This document shows, piece after piece, positions 1 to 8,500 of a stretch of 64,000 nt of DNA. The position numbers were made by a program, and so were the translations under genes. Below the pieces are notes generated by a model. It searched no databases, was not told the origin of the DNA, and worked only from the letters and a program-made list of their open reading frames with translations. How positions within the stretch are numbered: the stretch's first letter is position 1; the number at the start of each line of letters is the position of its first letter. The stretch comes from Thermoanaerobaculia bacterium (GTDB lineage: Bacteria > Acidobacteriota > Thermoanaerobaculia > Gp7-AA8), in contig DASPHC010000055.1 of assembly GCA_035629865.1 (NCBI GenBank), positions 70,940-134,939 on the forward strand, read 5' to 3'.

Positions 1-2790
1 CACTGCCGGACCGACCATCGGCAGGACCGTCTTGAGAAGGGTGACCACCAAGTTCGCATACGGCGCCACCTCACGGACCCATTCGCGAGTCAGCTCCAGC
101 TCGTACGAACCGAGTCCTTCGGCGAGCAGCGGATGCTGCGCGTTCTCAGCCTCGCACCAGAGGCGGAGGGTGAATTTCTCCTGGAAGAGGCGGCGCCAAT
201 TGCCGTCTACCGGCTGGAGGTCGAAGAGGCGGGGACCATCCTTCGCCTCGCTGGCCATGGCCTTCATCAGGACCATGACGGAGTTTGCGATCTGGCTTTC
301 GATACCGGCGATACCCTGATCGATCTTTGCTTCGATGCGCGCCAGTTGCGTTCGCGGCTCCTCATCCTCGAATCCGTACAGCAACTCGACGATGTTTTGA
401 CGGCCGCGGCACGGAAGGCACCGAATGGTCTCATCGCCTTTGTCCAGGATGTCGTGCAGCGCCTCGATGTCAAAGCGACCCGGACATGGCTGTCCCCGCA
501 CTGTTCCCCGGCAGGGCACATTGAACGTGTATCGGCCTTCCATGCCGGGCCAGTTGTCGGTGATGAGCTTCTCCACCGTCTGGCGGAGAACGTTCATGAA
601 GTACTCGGGCCACGCCGCCTCGGCATAGAGGTGCAGTTCCCGGTCGCGCAGTTCAACGAGAGCTTCGCCGTGTGGTTTTCTGCGGAGGAACATTCCCTTC
701 TGCCAGTGCAGCCGATGGCCTTCGCTCATGGCGGCGTAGGGATGCGTGCGGACGATCAGCCACGGAACGAGTCCCGGCGGTGCCTCGTCGAGCACGCAGA
801 CCATTGCCAGCCGGCGACGCTCCGGCAGGGGCTCTTCCTCGGGAAGCCACGGGACCGCGGGACGCACCTGCGGGACGTGCTGCGCCACGAGACTGGCTTC
901 GCCGGATTCGAGGCGATACGAGACGTCGTACTTTTCCATGAGTTGGAGGAAGAATGGGTAGAGGTCGATAGGGTACGTAGGCTCGTTCTCGAACCTGTGG
1001 TTGAGCCACACCTCGGTGAGATGATCGTCCGGCAGAATGCCGTCCCGTTCCTGCGTCGCACGGTCCTCCAGCACGAAGCCGATGGCCTTCGTCAGCCATT
1101 CCGGTTGCAGGATCACGTCGTCCTTCAACCGCTCATCGTCGCCGTAGTAGACGATGTAGCCGAGATCGTGCATCAGAACCGCGAGCGTGCGGGTGTCGAT
1201 CGCGTCCAAGCCATGTTTTGCACAGAGCGCCGCGAACGCAGCGTACGCGACGCGCGGCTCCTGCTGACCGAGCACCAGTGCCGCGTCGCGCGCCGCCCTC
1301 CACTGTACGTTGAATGGCATGCCCATGTGCTCGAGGTCCTTCGCCACGCCGGAGATAAGACCCTTGAGCTCCGCGATGCCGAAGTTTTCGAGGCTGTCGA
1401 CCTCGATGAAGTCGACGATCATTGCGCCGTACTCGCGCTGCAATACCGGCTTGTCGATCCGGGCGATGCGTTGCCCGGTTTTGGCGTGCGTGGAAACGAT
1501 GATGACCCGCGCGTCATCGCCGACCCGTACGCGGATCAATTTCAGCCAGTCCTCCACCTGACATTGTTGCACACCCATCCGCGGCTCCCACACGAGGAGA
1601 TAAATGGAGCGCCTGCTGAAGAAGAACTGGTGAGTAGCACGATAAACCTCCTGTCCGCCGAAATCCCAGGTGTTGAATTGAATGTTTGTCTGCGACTTTT
1701 CAGGGTGTGCGAGGTGCATCGATTGAATGTCGATGCTGATACCATGGGTAGTCGGCTCGTCTTTGCGCGGCGCCTCTTTGCCGGAGAGTGCCTTGAGCAA
1801 GGTCGTCTTGCCTACATTGCCTTCGCCGACGAGGACTAGTTTGGCCTCGAAGAGTGGCTCTGCATTGTCGAGGCTGCGAAGGTAGGCTTTGACGGCGTCA
1901 GTGCCTTGGTTGTAGGCGCTCTCGAGAGCGGGGGTGAGGGGATTATAAGCGAGCGTAATTTCTTTCAACTGAGCGAGTCGCCCTATAATCCCGGGTATCG
2001 TCGCGATCTGGTTGGCGGACGCGTCGAGCTTCTCTAGGCGCGCGAGTTGCCCGATGGTCTTAGGCAGCGTAACCAGTTGATTGGTCGAGACATCTAATAC
2101 GACGAGCTGCGTCAGTGCCGAGATCCAATCCGGAATACAGGTGAGCTCGTTGCTAAAAACATCCAATGTTTCTAAACCGGCCAAGCGTGAAATCCAATGC
2201 GGCAAAGATCTCAAACCGTTGGCAAACAGAGCCAGGGAGCGCAGATGGACAAGGTCGCCCAGAACGTTAGGCAATTCCGCGCGCCGATTTATGATCGAAA
2301 GGCTGGTAAGAGATCTGAATTGTGAAATCCAAGGCGGAATTTTTGCATCGCCAGCGAGTCCGAGGTACTGCAGTTGCAAAAGATCCAGAAGCGCCTGTGG
2401 TAGAACGCTATCGTCATCGACGTCAGTACCCAATGAGCGAAGGTTTGATAAGCGACTGATCCCCTCAGGGATCTGAAGTCCAGTATTATTGTAAAGGTAT
2501 AGGGCTTCGAGCCGCTGTAAGTGCAAGATTGACTCGGGGATGGTCTTGAAGGCGTTGTTCGACAGATCCAATATTTTCAGATTCGCCAACTGCGAGATCC
2601 AGATCGGCAGTGACGCTAGACTGTTTTGTCCGAGTTCCAGCGATTCAAGATCCGTCAATTCGCCGATCGTGGTTGGTAAAGAAGTCAGTCCCAATCCGTT
2701 GAGATTGAGGCGTGTTGCTCTTTCCCTATGCGCTCTCTCGACGCGGTCATGCACGTCATCGAGAGGCTTCGCCCGCTTCCGTCTGGCCAT
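1..2790 (-). CDS. Roco-family protein: N-terminal leucine-rich repeats, Roc (Ras-of-complex) small GTPase, COR domain. 3' end lies beyond the window start (partial gene).
   Basis: Manual translation of the minus strand from the ATG at 2790 gives a continuous frame to position 1. It shows ~14 LRR units (LxxLxLxxNxLxxLP), then the P-loop KLVLVGEGNVGKTTLL, DFGGQE (G3) and STHAK (G4-like), followed by a COR-like region. The ORF track omits it because it runs off the window edge. The + strand ORF 133..1839 is its antisense shadow. Confidence 0.75.
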   Translation of the reverse strand, partial: MARRKRAKPLDDVHDRVERAHRERATRLNLNGLGLTSLPTTIGELTDLESLELGQNSLASLPIWISQLANLKILDLSNNAFKTIPESILHLQRLEALYLYNNTGLQIPEGISRLSNLRSLGTDVDDDSVLPQALLDLLQLQYLGLAGDAKIPPWISQFRSLTSLSIINRRAELPNVLGDLVHLRSLALFANGLRSLPHWISRLAGLETLDVFSNELTCIPDWISALTQLVVLDVSTNQLVTLPKTIGQLARLEKLDASANQIATIPGIIGRLAQLKEITLAYNPLTPALESAYNQGTDAVKAYLRSLDNAEPLFEAKLVLVGEGNVGKTTLLKALSGKEAPRKDEPTTHGISIDIQSMHLAHPEKSQTNIQFNTWDFGGQEVYRATHQFFFSRRSIYLLVWEPRMGVQQCQVEDWLKLIRVRVGDDARVIIVSTHAKTGQRIARIDKPVLQREYGAMIVDFIEVDSLENFGIAELKGLISGVAKDLEHMGMPFNVQWRAARDAALVLGQQEPRVAYAAFAALCAKHGLDAIDTRTLAVLMHDLGYIVYYGDDERLKDDVILQPEWLTKAIGFVLEDRATQERDGILPDDHLTEVWLNHRFENEPTYPIDLYPFFLQLMEKYDVSYRLESGEASLVAQHVPQVRPAVPWLPEEEPLPERRRLAMVCVLDEAPPGLVPWLIVRTHPYAAMSEGHRLHWQKGMFLRRKPHGEALVELRDRELHLYAEAAWPEYFMNVLRQTVEKLITDNWPGMEGRYTFNVPCRGTVRGQPCPGRFDIEALHDILDKGDETIRCLPCRGRQNIVELLYGFEDEEPRTQLARIEAKIDQGIAGIESQIANSVMVLMKAMASEAKDGPRLFDLQPVDGNWRRLFQEKFTLRLWCEAENAQHPLLAEGLGSYELELTREWVREVAPYANLVVTLLKTVLPMVGPAV

Positions 2791-2797
2791 GCTCCCC

Positions 2798-5245
2798 TCA
2801 CTTACACAACAACTGATAAACCCCCACCACATCGTCCTGCACGTCATCTAGATCGCTCTTGATCTTCCCCACGATCTCCTGGAACGCAGGATCACCCTGC
2901 AGCCCTTGCAACCATGGATGCTTGATCAGCGCATACCACGAATGGTTCCCGCCCTCGGCCGCACGCCGCAGCCAGGCGATGGCTTCCGCGTTGTCGCCGA
3001 GCTTTGCGTGGACGAGGGCGACGCGGAGGGCGGCCCAGTGGTTGCGGTTGGCGTCGCTCTCGAAGGTGCGGATGCGGGCGAGGGCGCCGGTGCGGTCGCC
3101 GCGGGCGGCGGCGATCTGGGCTTTGAGGCTTTTGCCTAAGTAGTGGCTGGGGACGAGGCGGAGGGCGGCGTCGGCTTCTTTGTCGGCGGCGGGGAGGTTG
3201 CCGTGGATGAGGAAGGCCATGCCGCGGATGTCGTGGCCGGCGAGCTGAGTCTCGCGGGAGGAGAGCGCGACCTGCGCGGTCTTGAGCGCGCCGTCGGGGT
3301 CGACGGCGTTGAGGTTCCAGTAGCCGCGCGTCAGGGCTTCGTTCGACATCGGGTCGACGCGGACCAGGATGTCGCCGACGCATTGCGCTTTCTGCAGGTC
3401 GCCGGTCGAGACGAAGTACGTGACGACGGAGTGCAGGGCCTGGGTGTCGTTCGATTCGAGGCGGAGGGCGGCGAGAACTTCGCGCACCGACTCGCGGAAG
3501 CGTTGCGGGTCGCGGATGAAGACGCGGCCGAGTGCGAGGTGGGCCTGGGGGAGGTTGGGATCGAGGCGGACTGCCTGCCGCGCGTACCACTCCGCTCTCG
3601 CGAAGTCTTCCTGCGAGGCGAGGCTGCGGGCCTGGCCGAGGGAGAGGGTGGCGGCGAGATCGGCGTAGGCGCCGGCGAAGGTGGGGTCGAGGGAGATGGC
3701 GCGCTTGAGGGCGGCGATCTGCTCGGCGAAGCGCTTGGGCTCGAAGCTGCCGTTGAGGGAACGGGCGCGCAGGTACTCCTCGTACGCTTTCGGGCTCGAC
3801 GAGCGGATGGTGGAGCGCGCGAGCTGCGGCTGCTGGATGCCGATGCGCTGGTTCAGGCCGGAGACGGTGCGCGCGGAGACGTCGTCGATGAGCTTCAAGA
3901 GGTCGGTGCGGCGGCCGTCGATGGTGTCGGACCAGACCGAGAAGCCGGTGCGGGCGTCGGTGAGCTGCAGGGTGACGCGCACCAGGTCGCCGGCGGCGAG
4001 GAAGTGGCCTTCGAGGATGCCGTCGACTTTCAGCTTCTCGCTGGCCGCCTTCGCGTCCGGCTTCGTGCCGGCGAATTCGAGGACGGCGGAGGTGGGGCGG
4101 ACCTGCAGGGATGGGATCTGCTGCAGTTCGGTCACGAGGGCATCCGCGAGGCCGACGGAGAGGAACTCGTCGCTGGTGCTGTTGGCGATGTTGCGTAGCG
4201 GCAGGACGGCCATCGACCGGATCGGCGGCGGCGTGGTGCCGGTGGCTTCGGCGTTGGTGTCGGTGCGCTGGGCGATGAAGACGGCGATGAGGACGACCAG
4301 CGCGGCGGCGGCGGTGACGGCGACCTGGACCCAGCGCGGACGGCGGACGGTGCGGCCGAGGCTCGTGCGCGACGTGGCCTGGGTCATCATCCGCACGGTC
4401 GGCGTGTCGATGTCGTCGAGGTCGGTCAGCAGCTCGCGCGCGGTCTGGTAGCGGTCGCCGGGGTCTTTCTGGAGCAGCTTGGCAATGATGCGCGTCGCCG
4501 CCGGCGGGAAGGAGGGGTCGAGCGGCACGAACGGCTCCGGCTCGCCGTCGCGGATCTTCTCCAGCACCATCAGCGGCGCTTCGGCGTTGAAGGGGAGGTG
4601 GCCGGCGGCCATGTGGTAGAGGACGACGCCGACGGAGAAGAGGTCGCTGCGGATGTCGGCGTTCTGGCCGCGGGCCTGTTCGGGGGAGATGAAGTGCAGG
4701 GTCCCGAAGAAGTGGCCAGTGGAGGACTCGAACGTCTTCTCGATGCCGGGGTCGGTGAGCGCGCGGGGGATCGACTTGGCGAGGCCGAAGTCGAGGATCT
4801 TCGCCAGGCCGTTCGGCTCGACGATGATGTTGGCGCTCTTGATGTCGCGGTGGAGGATCCCTTTGTCATGGGCGGCGGCGACGCCGGCCGCGAGCTGGCG
4901 GGCGATGGCGAGGAACTCGCCGGACTCGAGCGGACGGCGGCGAACGCGCTGCGAGAGCGTCTCCCCCTCGCAGTACTCCATGACGATGAACGGGACGCCG
5001 TCGGCGGACTCGTCTACTTCGTAGATGGTGGCGACGTTCTGGTGCCGCACCGCCGCGGCTGACTTCGCCTCCCGCAGGAAACGGGCCCTCCGGTCGTCGT
5101 AAGCCAGCTCGCTGGAGTTCAGGACCTTGATGGCGACCAGCCGCGCAAGCCGTTGATCGCGCGCGAGATACACCGTCCCCATCCCGCCCTTGCCGAGGAC
5201 GCGGACGATCTCGAAGCCGTCGAACGAAGGAAAGTTATCCGACAT
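2798..5245 (-). CDS. Ser/Thr protein kinase with a single transmembrane segment and C-terminal TPR repeats
   Basis: N-terminal Hanks kinase motifs GKGGMGTVYLARD, AIKVL, HRDIKSANIIV, DFGLAK, SPEQ. A hydrophobic stretch follows (VQVAVTAAAALVVLIAVFIA), then TPR-like repeats. The stop lies 8 bp upstream of the Roco start, so the two genes form an apparent operon. Confidence 0.85.
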   Translation of the reverse strand: MSDNFPSFDGFEIVRVLGKGGMGTVYLARDQRLARLVAIKVLNSSELAYDDRRARFLREAKSAAAVRHQNVATIYEVDESADGVPFIVMEYCEGETLSQRVRRRPLESGEFLAIARQLAAGVAAAHDKGILHRDIKSANIIVEPNGLAKILDFGLAKSIPRALTDPGIEKTFESSTGHFFGTLHFISPEQARGQNADIRSDLFSVGVVLYHMAAGHLPFNAEAPLMVLEKIRDGEPEPFVPLDPSFPPAATRIIAKLLQKDPGDRYQTARELLTDLDDIDTPTVRMMTQATSRTSLGRTVRRPRWVQVAVTAAAALVVLIAVFIAQRTDTNAEATGTTPPPIRSMAVLPLRNIANSTSDEFLSVGLADALVTELQQIPSLQVRPTSAVLEFAGTKPDAKAASEKLKVDGILEGHFLAAGDLVRVTLQLTDARTGFSVWSDTIDGRRTDLLKLIDDVSARTVSGLNQRIGIQQPQLARSTIRSSSPKAYEEYLRARSLNGSFEPKRFAEQIAALKRAISLDPTFAGAYADLAATLSLGQARSLASQEDFARAEWYARQAVRLDPNLPQAHLALGRVFIRDPQRFRESVREVLAALRLESNDTQALHSVVTYFVSTGDLQKAQCVGDILVRVDPMSNEALTRGYWNLNAVDPDGALKTAQVALSSRETQLAGHDIRGMAFLIHGNLPAADKEADAALRLVPSHYLGKSLKAQIAAARGDRTGALARIRTFESDANRNHWAALRVALVHAKLGDNAEAIAWLRRAAEGGNHSWYALIKHPWLQGLQGDPAFQEIVGKIKSDLDDVQDDVVGVYQLLCK

Positions 5246-5319
5246 CAGGAGCGGTCGGGGGCATTCTACCCCGGGGAAAGGCAGAGGTCAGAAGGCAGAA
5301 GGCAGAAGGGAAGGCATGC

Positions 5320-5460
5320 CGCGGAGCTGGGGTCAGAGCTTCGTTTCGCGCGGAACAGAAGAACGAAGGTGTGACCCCAAGCGACGGGGCCGGCGGTTCC
5401 TCGGAGGGGTCAGAGCTTCGTTTTTCTCTCAGGAACAGCAGAACGAAGGTCTGACCCCTT
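5320..5460. repeat. REP-like palindromic elements (GGGGTCAGAGCTTCG / CGAAGGTCTGACCCC family), 2-3 copies in a divergent intergenic region
   Basis: Direct reading: ggggtcagagcttcgtttcgcg...cgaaggtgtgacccc and ggggtcagagcttcgtttttctc...cgaaggtctgacccc. Confidence 0.8.
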
Positions 5461-5559
5461 GACAGCCCCACTTCTGCCTTCTGCCCTCTGCCTTTCCCAC
5501 GTGGTCAATTCGCTGACCCTTTAGACACCTTTGGTGGGTTATATTCTCACCCCGCCATC

Positions 5560-8500
5560 ATGACAACGACCATCGAAGGTGTCGCTCCGGACGTCGCTCT
5601 TCCTCCTCGTTATCAGATTCGCCAAGTGCTGAAGCAGACTGCGGAGACTTCCGTGTTCCGGGTCTTCGACGTGCCGGATCGGCGCGATGAGGCGATCAAG
5701 ATCCTCTGTCACGAGGTCACGGATCCGCAACAGCTTCTCCGGTTCAAGACAGAGTTCGCGACGCTCGCCTCGCTCGAGCATGCGAGCGTGATCAAGGTCT
5801 ATGACTTCGGCGTCCTGCAGGACCGGTATCCCTACTTCACGATGGAGTTTTTCGCCGGGAAGCGGATCACGGAGTTTTTTGACGGACAGAATTGGGACGC
5901 GCTGTTCGACGTGATCCTGCAGATCGCCTCGGGGCTGCACCACATCCACCACCTCGGCATCGTGCACCTCGACCTGAAGCCGTCGAACATCCTGGTCTCC
6001 GAAGACGGCAAGGCGAAGATCATGGATTTCGGCCTGGCCATCGAGAGCCGGCGCGTATTCGACCGGAAGATCCGCGGGACGCTGCAGTACATGGCCCCCG
6101 AGGTACTGCGGCAGGACCGCGTCGACTCGCGCGCCGACCTCTACGCCCTCGGCATGACGCTCTACGAGACCGTCACCGGCGCCCTTCCGGGCTACGGCCG
6201 TCCGTCGATCGAAGTGATCCGCATGCACCTCGACGAGGAGATCCGCAGGCCTTCGTCGATCAACCCCCGCGTGCCAGAAGCGCTCGAGCAGATCATCATG
6301 AAGATGCTCGAGAAGGACCCGCGGCATCGCTTTCCCTCGGCCGCGGCGCTCCTGCAGGCGGTCGCCGAGGCGGCGGGGAAGAAGGCGCCGGCGGCGGAGC
6401 TGCTGGTCGGCCGCGGAGAGCTGTTCGCCGCGCCGCTGATCGGGCGGAAGAACGAAGTCGATCAGTTGATGCATCTGATCGTCGAGGCGCGCGACGGCCG
6501 CGGCGACGGGGTCATCCTCGCGGGCGGCGAGGGGATGGGGAAGAGCCGCATCGTGCGCGACGTGACGCTGCGCGCGCAGCTCGACGGCGGCCGCGTCTTC
6601 ACCGGCCGTTGCCCGGTGAACCGCAAGACCATCTACGCGCCGTTCTTCGACATCTTCCAGCAGATGGTGTCGGCGGTGAACCCGGAGGCCGACGTCTCCG
6701 AGGAGATCCGGCGCATCCTCCGTCCGGTGGTCGGCTCGGCGGGACCGGACACCAGCCCGCCGCGGCACGGCCAGAAGTTCCGTCTCTACAACCGGATCGT
6801 GCAGTCGATGCAGGACCTCTACGGATTCCTGAGCGTCGGCAGCGAGACCGGCGGCTCGCCGCTGATCCTGGTGATCGAGGACCTGCAGTGGGCCGATCCG
6901 TCGACCGCGGAGCTCTTCTCGTTCCTGGTGGGCGAGGCGAAGCAGAACAAGCTGCTGGTGATCGGCACGCTGACGCTCGACTCGCACGGCGAGGCGAGCA
7001 TCGAGTCGCCGTCGCCGAGCCTGGCGTTCTGGGAGCTGCGAGCCCGCGAGGCGTCGTTTCCGATCGTGCGGGTGGAGACGCTCACCGAGCCGCTCGTCCG
7101 CGAGCACGTGCAGTCGCTTCTCGGCGACACGAAAGTCTCCGACGAGCTCGTACGCTGGATGCTGTGGGAGTCGGCCGGCACGCCGCTGAACATCCGCCGC
7201 ATCATCGATTACCTCATCACTCACGACTATCTCCAGTGGACGCCGGGCGGCTGGACGGCCGACATGGACCGCATCCGGGTGCTGCGCATCCCCGGCGGCT
7301 TCGCGTCGATTCTGATGGAGAAGGCGGAGGCGCTGACGCCGGAGCAGCGGACGCTGCTCGACATCGCCTCGGTGGTCGGGGAGTCGATGGATCTCGAGCT
7401 GTTGACGCGGCTCTCGGACGCAACGCCGGAGGAGACGTTCGCGTCGCTGCGCGAGCTGACGCGCCTCGGTCTTCTCGACGAGTCGAACGACGGCAACATC
7501 ATCACCTTCCCGCAGATGCATCTGCGTGAGACGGTCTACAACGCCATGCCGGAGCGGCGGCGGACGGAGCTCCACCTGCGCGTCGGCGAGGCGATGGAGC
7601 CGGCGGCGAACGACGGCTCGACGCAGCTGGTCGGCCAGGTCGCGTATCACTTCTCCCGTGCGAACGACATCGAGCGCGGCACGCGCTGCTCGATCGAGGC
7701 GGGCGATCTCGCCTCGCGCACCCTGGCGCACGAGGAAGCGACGGAGTTCTACCGCGTCGCCCTGGAGATGATGGACCTGGGCGGCGTCGAGGAGGCGCGC
7801 AAGGCGGAGGTTCGCGAGAAGCTGGCCGATGCGTATTACCGCCGCGACGACTATCGCAGCGCCATCCATGCGTACCAGTTCCTCCTGAAGTCGATCCAGA
7901 GCCGCCATCCGGACGACGACGCGAACGTGGACGTCGCCCGGGTGATGAAGAAGATCGGCAAGGTGCTGGCGCGGCGCGGCGAGCAGGAAACGGCGATGAC
8001 GTACTACCAGGGCGCTCTGGCGATCTACGAGCGCCTCGGCCAGACCGTCGACGTCGCCGAGATGCTCAACCGCATCGCCTGGATGTACCGGATGCGCGAC
8101 GACTTCACCACCGCCCGCGAAACGGCGGAGCGCGCGCGGGTGATGCTGGAGACGATGGAGCCGACGGTCGTCTACGGCTACGTGAAGAACATCCTCGGCC
8201 TGATCGAGTTCGCCGGCGGCAACTGGCAGCGCTCGCGGGAACTGCTGACCGAATCGCTCGCGATCGGTGAGAAGCTCGGGAGCGAACAGCTCTGCAAGGT
8301 CGCCTCGATGAACCTCGGCAACACGGTCTGGAAGCTCGGCGAGTGGGAGACCGCGCTGCAGTACTTCCGCAAGAACCTGGAGCGCTCCGAGGGCGAAGGG
8401 GACCTGTGGGACCTCGTCACCGCCTACAACAACGTCGGCGTCGTCGAGTACGGCCGCGGAAACTTCCACGCCGCGGCGGAGCTGTTCGAGAAGAGCGTCC

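Noticed and set aside
133-1839. 568-aa + strand ORF
   Set aside because: Antisense shadow of the minus-strand LRR-Roc-COR gene, which shows clear P-loop and LRR motifs in the opposite frame. The translation is Arg/Leu-rich and motif-free, typical of high-GC antisense ORFs.
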